Below are positions 8,464 through 18,553 of a stretch of DNA of 64,000 bases, piece after piece. The notes below the pieces were generated by a model that worked only from the letters and a program-made list of their open reading frames with translations, was not told where the DNA came from and made no database searches. The stretch covers positions 8,884-72,883 of the forward strand of contig CALDKB010000047.1 of assembly GCA_937899245.1 (NCBI GenBank), read 5' to 3'. The stretch's first letter is position 1, and the number at the start of each line of letters is the position of its first letter. Both the position numbers and the translations under genes were made by a program. The DNA comes from an uncultured Bacteroidales bacterium (GTDB lineage Bacteria; Bacteroidota; Bacteroidia; Bacteroidales; ML635J-15).

Positions 8464-11082
8464 TTAGCGTTTTTTAAGTTTCAGCTGCTTGTTAAACTCT
8501 TGCTTCGAAATCGATGTGCGGACTAACACTTTCTTTTCTACGTTCGGCAAAAGGTCGAAATAGTTGTCGCTGAAGAAGTTGTCGATTCCGTTTATGCTTA
8601 GGAAAACGCCACGGGCAAAGGTCTTGCTGCAGAGGGTAACAAGTATTCCGCCGTCAACCTTTTCCGATTTCCATTTTATGTTTGCCTTCGGGAAGCGCAT
8701 TTCCTTGTTAGTGCAAAGGAAGTAAATGTTGTCGGCAATTTGCTTTGAATCATTGCTTTGCAGGGTGGTATAAATGAAAATATCGTTTGGCGACTTGCCA
8801 TTGAGAATTTCGAAAACAGGTCGCGAAAAATGAATTTCGCTTGCGTTGGCCTTAATGCTAACGTGTGATTCTTCGTTGAAAATTACGTTGCCGCGGAAAT
8901 CCATAATGCTAACTGTTAGGCAGCCGTCGAAAGTGGCGAGCGAGTCGGAAACGGCAAAGACATACAGGGTGCTATCCTTTACGATTGGCGATACCAAAAT
9001 GTTACGGTAGGCCTTGCGAGCAAAATAGTGCTGAGCTTTCCAGCGTCCGTAAAAATCGCGGCTCGACCACGAGGCGACAGGCCAGCAGTCGTTGTGCTGC
9101 CAGAAAAGCGTGCCCATACAGTAAGGTTTGTCGCGTCGGTGTGCTTCGATGGCTATTTTAATTGCGTCGCCTTGCATAAGCTGGCTAAGATATAGCGTCT
9201 CTTCAAAGTTTTTCGGCTTGCCGTATTCGCTTTCCATATACCACATTATTCGCGAGTTGGCATTCTGCCCGCCACGCTGGTGCGACATCATAACTTCCGA
9301 ATAAATGTTGTGGTCGTTTTTGTCAGGTGCAAATTGCATTACCGACTGGTAGTCGGCGAAAGACTGGAAGCCGTACTCGGAGAAAAAGCGGCAACGTATG
9401 TCGTTGAAAGTGGACAATTTGCCTTCTGTTTGCCAAACGCCCCAGTAATGTCCGTCGCCATCGGGATTCCAGAGCGAATCGCCAGTTTCGGGACGTCCGT
9501 AAGGGTCGCCGTTGTATGGCGATGACGGAACATAGTCGCGTGTGTCGTACTTTTCGACCACTTCGGGTAGGGTTACAAAATAGCAGTCGTAGAACTGTTT
9601 CCAGATCTTTTCGGAAATGCCGTTGCCCATCTGGTCGTACTTGCGCTTGTATCCCCAGCCGTACCAGGCCGCCTGACATTCGTTGTTGCCGCACCACAAA
9701 GCAATGCATGGATGGTTTCGTAGGCGTTTTACGTTGTCGATGGCTTCCTGACGCACGTTTTCGAGCATTTCGCCTTCGGTGGGATAAAGACTGCAAGCAA
9801 ACATAAAGTCCTGCCAAACAAGGATTCCGTACTTGTCGCAAAGGTCGTAGAAGATGTCGTTTTCGTAAATTCCGCCGCCCCACACGCGAAGCATATTCAT
9901 ATTGGCGGATACGGCATCGAGAATTGTGCGTTCGTACATCGAATCGGTGACCTCGGTAAGAAAACTGTGTTGCGGGATGTAGTTGGCGCCTTTCATAAAG
10001 ACGTTTACACCGTTGAGCTGGAAATAGAAGGATGTGCCGTACTGGTCTTTATCGCGAACAAGCTTTAGGTTGCGAAGACCGACGTTTGTCTTGATTTCCT
10101 GTGGGGTACATCCTTGTAGTGTCGTGGCGCGCTCTACAAGGTCTGGATTATTGTTTTCAATCCGAAGCGAAGCGGTAAATTCGTAGAGGTTGGGTTCGCC
10201 AAGTCCGTTGCACCACCATAGTTTTGGCTTTTTAATGATTATTGGAATTTCGATGATGTTGGTTCCGGGAACAAGCTGGCGGGTTATGTTGGCCGTGGCT
10301 GAATTGACATTTTCGTTAGAAGCAGAAATGGTAATGTTTGCCTTGCAACTGCTTGACGCATCGACTTCTATGACGGCATTGATGGCGGCCATATCGTCGC
10401 CGACTTTTATCTGGTCGTACTTTACGTTGCTGATTCTGGCATTGTCCCAAGCATTGATTTCTACTGGTCGCCATATTCCGCTGGTTACAAGTCGCGGTCC
10501 CCAGTCCCAGCCGTAGTGGTAGCCGGCCTTGCGAGCAAAAATTCCCACCTGCTTGTCGCCAATGCCACCGATTTGCGACTGGTCGTTGTCGGAAGCATAG
10601 TGAAAATCAAGTGCGTCGAACTTCGGTATGTCGGTTGTTATTGGCGAGTGAAAATAAATGCGAAGTTCGTTGCCTTTTTGTTTTGCAATGCCTTTTATGT
10701 CGATTTTCCATGTGCGGAACATATTGTCGGCTTGGAGAATAAGACTGTCGTTGAGGTAAACGTCGGCATACGTGTCGAGTCCGTAGAATGTTATTTCAAT
10801 GTTCTGCTTGGAAAACATTTCTTCGTTGAGGTCGAACGTGTTTTTGTACTCCCAGTCTTCCTTGTCAACCCATTGCACGTCGCGTTCGTTCAGACGGAAG
10901 AATGGGTCTTTTATAATACCGTTGTGAATGAGGTCGGTGTGGACAAGACCGGGAACTTCGGACGGCAGCCATTTTTCTGTACCGACCTGACGAAAAGTCC
11001 AATTTGTCGTTATCGTACAAGTCTGTGCAATTGCGAAAATGGAAATAATTACGAATAGTATTGTTGTAAAAAGTGATTTCAT
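8464..11082 (-). CDS. beta-mannosidase, glycoside hydrolase family 2
   Basis: 872 aa. The N-terminus NWTFRQVGTEKWLPSEVPGLVHTDLIHNGIIKDPFFRLNERDVQWVDKEDWEYK is typical of GH2 beta-mannosidases. Signal peptide ...FAIAQT. Confidence 0.9.
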   Translation of the reverse strand: MKSLFTTILFVIISIFAIAQTCTITTNWTFRQVGTEKWLPSEVPGLVHTDLIHNGIIKDPFFRLNERDVQWVDKEDWEYKNTFDLNEEMFSKQNIEITFYGLDTYADVYLNDSLILQADNMFRTWKIDIKGIAKQKGNELRIYFHSPITTDIPKFDALDFHYASDNDQSQIGGIGDKQVGIFARKAGYHYGWDWGPRLVTSGIWRPVEINAWDNARISNVKYDQIKVGDDMAAINAVIEVDASSSCKANITISASNENVNSATANITRQLVPGTNIIEIPIIIKKPKLWWCNGLGEPNLYEFTASLRIENNNPDLVERATTLQGCTPQEIKTNVGLRNLKLVRDKDQYGTSFYFQLNGVNVFMKGANYIPQHSFLTEVTDSMYERTILDAVSANMNMLRVWGGGIYENDIFYDLCDKYGILVWQDFMFACSLYPTEGEMLENVRQEAIDNVKRLRNHPCIALWCGNNECQAAWYGWGYKRKYDQMGNGISEKIWKQFYDCYFVTLPEVVEKYDTRDYVPSSPYNGDPYGRPETGDSLWNPDGDGHYWGVWQTEGKLSTFNDIRCRFFSEYGFQSFADYQSVMQFAPDKNDHNIYSEVMMSHQRGGQNANSRIMWYMESEYGKPKNFEETLYLSQLMQGDAIKIAIEAHRRDKPYCMGTLFWQHNDCWPVASWSSRDFYGRWKAQHYFARKAYRNILVSPIVKDSTLYVFAVSDSLATFDGCLTVSIMDFRGNVIFNEESHVSIKANASEIHFSRPVFEILNGKSPNDIFIYTTLQSNDSKQIADNIYFLCTNKEMRFPKANIKWKSEKVDGGILVTLCSKTFARGVFLSINGIDNFFSDNYFDLLPNVEKKVLVRTSISKQEFNKQLKLKKR

Positions 11083-11266
11083 TTGAATTGTAATTATGAT
11101 GCAAAGGTATGAAAATAAAGAGTTGAAAGGATTAAAAAATTAAGGGTTTAATGCTAGCTATGGCGATTTTTCATTAACCGTCCCTTCGGCTACTGCTTAC
11201 TTCGATAGGCTCAGTGCACCGCAGAGTGCGTATCATTGTCCTCGCGGCTCGAGCGGAACCCCCCCC

Positions 11267-12493
11267 TTATTCTGTATAGATTTTGATTTCATCACCAACA
11301 TGTATGACATGCTCTTCGGACATTTCGTTCCATTTTCTAATTTCGTTAATAGAACAGTTGTATTTCATTGAAATGCGGAAAAGATTGTCGCCCGAAACTA
11401 CCTTGTGGATAATCAGGTTGTCTTTCTTGATAGTTGTTGGTAGTTCCTGTGTGGCAATTATAGAGTCGTTTACCTGTGCCGGAATGCTTGCAATCTCGTT
11501 CTGATGGGAAATGAAGACATTGGTTTTGTCGAACGGCATTGTCAGCACGTGGTATTCTCCATCGTTGGGGATGTATGCCTGAGTGTAAGTCGGATTCAGG
11601 AATTTTAGTGTTTCGTAGTCGGTGCCTGTGGCTAACGCAACATTTTTCAGGTGTAGAGGACCCTTTACGTGAAGTGTGTCGGTCTTCGTGTATTCGATGA
11701 AATTATTGTTTGGAAACAAATTGTGTTCTGCGTGATACTGAAGCAGATATTCCATTGCAATGAATGCGCCGACGTAGTTTTTCATTTGATCGGTGAAGAA
11801 AGGCAGCAGCTCCCAGTGGTTGGTTTTTCCGCCGCTACGTTCGATGGCGTTCTTTACTGTCCCCTGACCGCCGTTGTATGCCACGAGCGCAAGTTGCCAG
11901 TCGTTGAAAGTCTCGTAGAGGTATTTCAAATATCTGCAGGCGGCGTCTGTCGACTTGCGAACGTCGCGTCGTTCGTCGATATATGTGCTGACTTTCAGTC
12001 CCATAACATCGGATGTCCCTTTGAGGAATTGCCATAGGCCAACGGCACCCGATTTTGAAATGGCATTCGGGTCGAGCGACGATTCCACGGCAGCAAGATA
12101 TTTAAGTTCAAGCGGTAGGCCGTATAGCGACAAATATTCTTCGAATATAGGGAAGTAGTAGGCCGAAAGTCCAATAATTTTCTGCATTTTCGGACGGTTG
12201 CGCAGTCCGTAGGCGTTGATGTATTTCTGTACCACTTCGTTGTATTCCAACTTGATAGTGGTTAGTTCGTCCAGATTCTCAATTCGTTTCTGGTAGATGA
12301 TTTCGGGGTAACTCGGCGCCGGCAGACGTAAAATGCTGTCGGAAACCGATTTTGGCGAGCGCCACCATACGTTGACAGAGTCGCTCATTCTGGCAATCGA
12401 TGCGTTGATATGGTTGACTATGCTGTCGTTCCTTTGCGAAAACGCAATCATCGAACAAGTTGTGGCTATAAATATGAAAACAAATTTCTTCAT
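11267..12493 (-). CDS. membrane-bound lytic transglycosylase (SLT domain) with C-terminal LysM
   Basis: SLT motifs AAVESSLDPNAISKSGAVGLWQF and AYNGG. C-terminal LysM (HKVVSGDNLFRISMKYNCSINEIRKWN). The ORF track starts at 12580, but the Met at 12493 (MKKFVFIFIATTCSMIAFSQ) gives a proper signal peptide. Confidence 0.85.
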   Translation of the reverse strand: MKKFVFIFIATTCSMIAFSQRNDSIVNHINASIARMSDSVNVWWRSPKSVSDSILRLPAPSYPEIIYQKRIENLDELTTIKLEYNEVVQKYINAYGLRNRPKMQKIIGLSAYYFPIFEEYLSLYGLPLELKYLAAVESSLDPNAISKSGAVGLWQFLKGTSDVMGLKVSTYIDERRDVRKSTDAACRYLKYLYETFNDWQLALVAYNGGQGTVKNAIERSGGKTNHWELLPFFTDQMKNYVGAFIAMEYLLQYHAEHNLFPNNNFIEYTKTDTLHVKGPLHLKNVALATGTDYETLKFLNPTYTQAYIPNDGEYHVLTMPFDKTNVFISHQNEIASIPAQVNDSIIATQELPTTIKKDNLIIHKVVSGDNLFRISMKYNCSINEIRKWNEMSEEHVIHVGDEIKIYTE

Positions 12494-12684
12494 CTTTACG
12501 AAAATACGGCGCGAATATCGGCATAAAAATAGCTCAGTGTATAGCAAAAATATAGAAAGTATCAACAAGTGACTTTTCATTAGTGCCGCAACTGACTAAT
12601 TGGTGTTAATTAAAAATAGCAAATATCTTTCAAGTTATGAAAAAACTTGTTATTTTTGAAGATTGAATAAAAAGTCTTCGGTCG

Positions 12685-15351
12685 ATGATTAGCAAAGTGT
12701 TGGCAAAATCTCTTTTTTTTGTGGTGCTGTGCGCTGCTATGCTTGTGTCTTGTAAGAAGAGCAAAGTGGCGGATGTAGATGTCTTTGATGCCGTTCCCGA
12801 GCATACTTCGTTGGTTGTCAGGACTGATAATGTTGATTCTGTGGCTAAGATTGTCGGTTCCGACAATCCGTTGCTTAAGATGTTCTACAATCAGAAGACC
12901 GAAATTGGCTTGCCGTTGTGCCGTTGCGTTGATAGCTTGAAGAATGCCGGTTTGTTTGGCGGGCATCTCGGTGCAAATGCAGTTTTTGCAGTTCGAAAGG
13001 ACGGGACCTGCGGACTTTGCCAGCTATATGTGTGCAAAACCGATTTGCGAGCAAAAGGCGATATCGGCAGTGCTGTCGATTCAATCATGCAGAATGAAAA
13101 TTTTTCTAAACGCTTATTTGGCGAGTTCGAAGTCCTGACATATTCTATGCAGGGGAGAGGTTCTCTGTCGATAAGTTTTGTTGATGGACTAGCAATCGTA
13201 TCTTCTTCGTCAAAATATCTAGAGGATGCGTTGACCTGTTATGCTGGAAACGGAAAGCGGCTGTCGGCGGATGAAAAGTTCTGCAAGGCGCTTGAAGCTT
13301 CAGGCAAGAACGAGTTGGCCAACGTGCTTGTTGATGTCAAGTCGTTTGCAGACATCTTTTCATGCGAACTTTTTGAGGATAATCGTCTGGTAAAGGTTGT
13401 GAGAGGTTTCGACTGCTGGCTGGCGCTGGATATCCTTGAGGGAAATCCATTGTCGTTTTCGGGTTTCGAGTATCCTATGTCCGATTCGGCCACTTTTTCG
13501 GCTTTGGTTAAGTCGCAACCGTCGATTGAGTTCAATGTGCTGGAGATGATTCCGGAAAAATCGGCGGCTTATCTCTTGGTTTCTTATGGAAATCCGCAGG
13601 GCTATGACGAGGCGATTGGGAAAAGTGCAGAACGCGAGGAGCGAATTGCGGCAATGAACAAGGCATTCGGCTGTGATGCTGTCGAAAGATTCCGTTCGCT
13701 TGTAAAACGTGAATTTGCCTATGTTGTTTCTGAATGCAGTTCCGATCAGGAAAAGGGCGCTTTTGTTATCTGCGGTTTGCAGTCGCAGTCGGCGGCGGAA
13801 CTGGAACTGCAGAAAATGTTGCCACAGCCGGAGGCTCAGATTCTCGACGAGGGGTCGTCGGTTAAGGTTTACCAAATGCCTTACGACGATATTGCAGCAG
13901 CCCTGTTCGGCGATTTGTTCGCTAACTGCAGGGGAAATTTCGTGAGCTTCATCGGCAATTATATGATTTTTGCAAATTCCGTTTCCGACTTGCGTTCGCT
14001 TAATGGCGATATAAAACTTAACAATACGATGAGGGCTAGTATGCAGCATCAGGAGTTTAGGAAAAAGTTCTCAACCACATCGTCGGTATTCGCATATTTC
14101 TCGTTTGGAAAGGGCATCGAAATGATGAAAAGGTTCTTTTCGCGCCAGTATTCGAACGATTTGGGACAAAATGCTTCTGCTTTTGCCGGAATGGGAATGT
14201 TCGGCATTCAGTTGAAACGATTGGACGAACAGGTGTATTGCAACGTGTCGTTCTTGAAGAATGATGTGTCGGCAGTCGCAAGCATGGAGACCGAATGGGA
14301 GACTAATGTGGGCACAACTCTTGCGGGAAAACCTTATGTCGTTTCCAATCATGATACTGGGGAAAAGGAAATAATTGTGCAGGATAAAGACAACAAAATC
14401 TATTTGTTCAATTCAAAAGGGCAGGAGTTGTGGCATATCGGTATTGACGGCCGAATAATAAGTCAGATAGTTCAAGTTGATGCATATAAGAATGGCAAGA
14501 AGCAGTATCTGTTCTCCACAGATGAAAAAATTTATCTTGTCGATAGGTTGGGCAATAACCTTGAGAAATTTCCGCAAACCTTGAGGTCGAAGTCGGTAGC
14601 TCCAATTGCAGTTTTCGACTACGACAAGACACTCAACTATAGGATTGCGGTGCCCTGTGAAGACCGCAAGGTTTATATGTACGACATAAAGGGTGATTTG
14701 CTGAAGGGCTGGACTTTCGAGACTACTGAAAATATTGTCAACTCCGAATTGGTTCACTATGTGCTTTCGTCAGAGGATTTCATAGTCTTCCACGATAGCT
14801 ACAAGGCATATTTTATTGCTCGCAATGGATCTGCAAAGATGGTTTTTCAGACCAATTTCAAGTACTCCGACAATAAATTCTACTGCGATTCAACGTCGTC
14901 GCCTAAATTTGTCACAACAGACGAAACCGGAACCGTACGCCGGCTGTTCAAGAACGGTTCTCAGGATTCGCTGAAACTTGGCGATTTTTCTGCAGGACAT
15001 CATTTTGCTATGCGCGATTTGGATGCCGATGGTCGTCCGGAATACATATTTACTGACTCGACGAAGATTTTTGCCTATGCGGCCGACCAGCGACTGCTCT
15101 TCGACTATGATTTTGGCGCCGAAGCTTCTGCGCCTACATTCTATAGTTTTGGCGGTCAGACAAGGATTGGAATAACCACAAGCGATAAAAAAATATATCT
15201 TTTGAATTCAAACGGATCGTTGTACGAAGGATTCCCGCTGGAAGGAGTAACTCCATTTAGCATCAGCGAACTGAAAGCCGATTCAGACCATTATGATTTG
15301 ATTGTTGGACTTAGCCGTGGACGTTTGGGTAATTATAGGATTGTAAAATAA
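12685..15351 (+). CDS. large lipoprotein of unknown function with a C-terminal beta-propeller-like repeat region (888 aa)
   Basis: Lipoprotein signal (AAMLVSCKK). The C-terminal ~300 aa carry about six repeats of the form K(I/V)Y(L/M)xxxxGxxLxGFP, plus an FG-GAP-like DLDADGRPEYIF. Confidence 0.6.
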   Translation: MISKVLAKSLFFVVLCAAMLVSCKKSKVADVDVFDAVPEHTSLVVRTDNVDSVAKIVGSDNPLLKMFYNQKTEIGLPLCRCVDSLKNAGLFGGHLGANAVFAVRKDGTCGLCQLYVCKTDLRAKGDIGSAVDSIMQNENFSKRLFGEFEVLTYSMQGRGSLSISFVDGLAIVSSSSKYLEDALTCYAGNGKRLSADEKFCKALEASGKNELANVLVDVKSFADIFSCELFEDNRLVKVVRGFDCWLALDILEGNPLSFSGFEYPMSDSATFSALVKSQPSIEFNVLEMIPEKSAAYLLVSYGNPQGYDEAIGKSAEREERIAAMNKAFGCDAVERFRSLVKREFAYVVSECSSDQEKGAFVICGLQSQSAAELELQKMLPQPEAQILDEGSSVKVYQMPYDDIAAALFGDLFANCRGNFVSFIGNYMIFANSVSDLRSLNGDIKLNNTMRASMQHQEFRKKFSTTSSVFAYFSFGKGIEMMKRFFSRQYSNDLGQNASAFAGMGMFGIQLKRLDEQVYCNVSFLKNDVSAVASMETEWETNVGTTLAGKPYVVSNHDTGEKEIIVQDKDNKIYLFNSKGQELWHIGIDGRIISQIVQVDAYKNGKKQYLFSTDEKIYLVDRLGNNLEKFPQTLRSKSVAPIAVFDYDKTLNYRIAVPCEDRKVYMYDIKGDLLKGWTFETTENIVNSELVHYVLSSEDFIVFHDSYKAYFIARNGSAKMVFQTNFKYSDNKFYCDSTSSPKFVTTDETGTVRRLFKNGSQDSLKLGDFSAGHHFAMRDLDADGRPEYIFTDSTKIFAYAADQRLLFDYDFGAEASAPTFYSFGGQTRIGITTSDKKIYLLNSNGSLYEGFPLEGVTPFSISELKADSDHYDLIVGLSRGRLGNYRIVK

Positions 15352-15366
15352 ATTTAATAATAAAGT

Positions 15367-17070
15367 ATGAGAAAGACATGTAAATTATTAGTGCTTGCCA
15401 TTATTGTCATGACGATAGCTTTGCCATCGTGCGTAAAGGACAATTTTGATATGGACAGATTGTCCGATGAGGTTACATACACTGGAAGTTTCGCATTGCC
15501 TCTGGCATATAGCGATGTGTCGTTTTACAAGGTTATGGACTTGCTTGATACGTCAATATCGTTAAGAGACAATGATGAGGGGTATTTATCTTTGTACTAT
15601 CAATCTTATGTCGAGTCAAATCCTGTGCAGGAATTGTTGAATGTCGGAGACCAGACGATGACTAAGACCATCAGCTTGTCGGACCTGACATCGCGAGGTC
15701 TGATGGGAGAGACTTCGCTCCGTTATACTGCAGTTGAAAACATTACTTTCGACCTGTTCAATAGCGATGCCGAAATCGACTCTATTATGCTGAAGTCAGG
15801 TACTTTCGACTATGAGATTAATACAACTTTTGGCAAAACAACACGAATGGTAATAGAATTTCCTTCAATAACTAAGAACGGCAGGGCGTTCAAGGATTCC
15901 GTAACCTTCATGTCGTCCGATTCGCATTACCAGATAAGCTTGCCGCTTGATGAATATAAGATTGACTTGACAACTACATCTCGCCACTTTAACGAAATAC
16001 CGGTGAAGTTGACAGTTAGTCTTGCATTCCCTGATTCCGATCCTCCAATGTCTGGCGGTATCACTGTTACGATGGGAATTAAAAATATTCACTACAAGCG
16101 TATGTTCGGATATTTTGGCTACAACGAGCTGTTCTTCCAGAGCGATACAATTGATATTTCGTTGTTTAAGGATAATCCAAAATATTATATGGAACGATTC
16201 TTCTTCAACAATCCAAAGCTCACAGTTCACTATTGGAATTCATATGGTGTGCCTTCAATGTTCTACTTTACCGAACTCGACACTTATCTAAAGACCTTGG
16301 ATCAGGTTTGGGATATCGCATCTAGCAATGAGAACTTCCCGATGTCGTCGTCAAATCCATACTATGTAAAGCATTCTTCGAGATACGGATACGAGGCTGA
16401 GGATTCCGTTCAACTTAACAAGGAAAATTCCAACCTCGATCAGATTGTTCCAAACCGTCCACGATGGATTCATTTCAAGGCGTTGGCTGCAACAAATCCA
16501 GGCGTACACAACCACGATAACTTCATTACTGAAGATTCAAAATTGAGATCTAAGATTGATATTGAGTTCCCGCTGTGGGGATATCTTTACAATTTCTGCT
16601 ATACGGATACAATGGATGTTGACCTAAGCAATATAGTAGGTAAGTATCCGGTAAGCCGACTGGCAGTTCTGCTGTCGATAGAAAATGGTATGCCAGCTGA
16701 AGCATTTGCACAATTCTATCTGGTCGATGAAAATTATCACGTTCTCGATTCTCTTATTTCAAACCCTGGTCAGATGGTTCTCGATGCTGCTTCTGTTGAC
16801 GCCAACGGACGAATCTTAAAGCGAACAAAGACAGAAACGAAGGTAGAGCTTACTCCGGCGCAAATCAGTAAACTTAGGAATAGCAAGCACTTGCTGATGA
16901 AAGCCCACGTAAACACCGATGATGCAATGAATGGCCGTCTGATGAAGATTTATCGCGACTATGGCTTCAAGGTTAATGTCGGTGCTGAGGTCGACCTCGA
17001 TGTGGAGGGAAGTGTTGACTCGCTGATTGACAATGTGAGCAGTAAGAACGTTATTCTTAAATCTAAATAA
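15367..17070 (+). CDS. hypothetical lipoprotein (567 aa)
   Basis: Signal plus lipobox (IALPSCVKD). 15-nt gap from the upstream gene. No family recognised. Confidence 0.6.
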   Translation: MRKTCKLLVLAIIVMTIALPSCVKDNFDMDRLSDEVTYTGSFALPLAYSDVSFYKVMDLLDTSISLRDNDEGYLSLYYQSYVESNPVQELLNVGDQTMTKTISLSDLTSRGLMGETSLRYTAVENITFDLFNSDAEIDSIMLKSGTFDYEINTTFGKTTRMVIEFPSITKNGRAFKDSVTFMSSDSHYQISLPLDEYKIDLTTTSRHFNEIPVKLTVSLAFPDSDPPMSGGITVTMGIKNIHYKRMFGYFGYNELFFQSDTIDISLFKDNPKYYMERFFFNNPKLTVHYWNSYGVPSMFYFTELDTYLKTLDQVWDIASSNENFPMSSSNPYYVKHSSRYGYEAEDSVQLNKENSNLDQIVPNRPRWIHFKALAATNPGVHNHDNFITEDSKLRSKIDIEFPLWGYLYNFCYTDTMDVDLSNIVGKYPVSRLAVLLSIENGMPAEAFAQFYLVDENYHVLDSLISNPGQMVLDAASVDANGRILKRTKTETKVELTPAQISKLRNSKHLLMKAHVNTDDAMNGRLMKIYRDYGFKVNVGAEVDLDVEGSVDSLIDNVSSKNVILKSK

Positions 17071-18539
17071 TGGAGGGCTTGGCTATGAAGAAAATAGGAT
17101 TAATTATCGTTTCGCTATTGGTGCTTAGCTCAATGTCGGTTATTGCCCAGCAGGCAAATACATTGTATTATATGGACCGCGTATTCCAGGCTCAGACAGT
17201 CAACATCTCCCAGATGCCAGCTAATAAGGTGCAGGTGAGCGGACTTATTGTGCCGGTCTTCGGACAGTTGCCTCCTATGTTGTATTTCAACTACGGAAAT
17301 AATTCATTCAAGTACAATCATATTATTCACAAGGGCGAAGGTTACAGAGCCGACAGCCTTGTTACCGACTTGCCGTTGCTTATGAGCAAGGTGCGTAAGA
17401 CAACTAGCATAAGGAACGAACTGCGCCTCGACTATATAAATGTGTCGGTACGTTCTAAAAATAATTCGGTAATTAACGTAACACTTGCGGACAGGATTCT
17501 TTTTGGCTTCGGATTGCCATACGATTTTTTCGAGTTCGTTATTAATGGTAACCGACCCTATATGCTTGAGGGCAAGCCGCATGACTTGTCGAAACTTTCG
17601 ATTAATGCAAGTTATTTCCATGAATTGGGCGTTGGCTTCACCTCTCAGCTGGGAGAGAAATTCTCTGTCGGCGGTAGGTTGAAATTGTTGTTTGGCGTTG
17701 CTGACATCAGTACTGATGTAACAACATTGGAACTTGAAACCGATCCGCAGAATTACTTCATTACAGCAACTGCTAACATGAAGATAAGAAAGTCAACAAA
17801 CTTAATGAATATTGTCACTAGAGGTGATAGCACAAGTGTAGAAACCGATTTTTCGACAGAAGCACTAAAGGCAGCCTTGACATCTTTCGGTAATTTCGGT
17901 GTAGGCCTTGACTTGGGTTTTACATATAACATTACTCCAAAGATTTCTGTTTCGTTCTCGGCAACAGACCTTGGCTTTATCAACTGGAACCAGAATGCAA
18001 CAGTTGCATCAGCTAAGGGAGACTATACATTCGAGGGCGTTGAACTTGAATTCAACAAAGGTGATGACGATAAGGTTGGCTTTGGCCTCGATACCTTGCG
18101 TTATACTACCGAGCACATTATTGATACGGTTGTCGATTTGTTCGATATGAATATTGCCGACAAGAATTATATGTCATGGTTGCCTTCAAACATTTACCTT
18201 GGCGCAACCTACCAGCTTCACGAAAAGATTGGTTTCGGCGTGTTGTATCGCGGCGAATTCTACAGGAAAAACTATATACAGGCATTGACAATCTCGGCAA
18301 ATTCAAACATTACGCACTGGTTGTCGTTGCATGCAAGCTGGTCGTACATGAACAATACTGCGGCTAATTTCGGCCTCGGCTTTTCGGCACGACTTGGATG
18401 CTTCACATGGTATATGGTTACCGATGACCTTATTGGTATGATTTTCCCGCAAAAAGCCAAGACTCTTAACATTCACATGGGCTGTAACATGACATTCGGG
18501 CACCCGAAGAAGCAGCTTAAGACTCAGACCAGATTGTAG
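17070..18539 (+). CDS. predicted outer-membrane beta-barrel protein (489 aa)
   Basis: Start overlaps the upstream stop (TAATG); MKKIGL at 17085 is an alternative. Signal peptide ...SVIAQQ. Alternating-strand composition with Gly/aromatic-rich segments. Confidence 0.55.
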   Translation: MEGLAMKKIGLIIVSLLVLSSMSVIAQQANTLYYMDRVFQAQTVNISQMPANKVQVSGLIVPVFGQLPPMLYFNYGNNSFKYNHIIHKGEGYRADSLVTDLPLLMSKVRKTTSIRNELRLDYINVSVRSKNNSVINVTLADRILFGFGLPYDFFEFVINGNRPYMLEGKPHDLSKLSINASYFHELGVGFTSQLGEKFSVGGRLKLLFGVADISTDVTTLELETDPQNYFITATANMKIRKSTNLMNIVTRGDSTSVETDFSTEALKAALTSFGNFGVGLDLGFTYNITPKISVSFSATDLGFINWNQNATVASAKGDYTFEGVELEFNKGDDDKVGFGLDTLRYTTEHIIDTVVDLFDMNIADKNYMSWLPSNIYLGATYQLHEKIGFGVLYRGEFYRKNYIQALTISANSNITHWLSLHASWSYMNNTAANFGLGFSARLGCFTWYMVTDDLIGMIFPQKAKTLNIHMGCNMTFGHPKKQLKTQTRL

Positions 18540-18553
18540 GGTAATTTTTTGTA

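Noticed and set aside
9280-11104. Several ORFs of 64-186 aa overlapping the beta-mannosidase gene in other frames (for example 9323-9883 minus, 10516-11058 plus).
   Set aside because: They are Arg/Ser-rich or Val-rich nonsense typical of off-frame translation of a relatively GC-rich gene. The GH2 frame is unambiguous.
11259-11266. C8 homopolymer as a possible phase-variation switch.
   Set aside because: It lies just 3' of the lytic transglycosylase stop codon, not in a coding or promoter spacer position. It is more likely part of the GC-rich intergenic element.
13360-14049. 229-aa antisense ORF inside the 888-aa lipoprotein gene.
   Set aside because: No recognisable features, and fully contained in a well-supported gene on the other strand.
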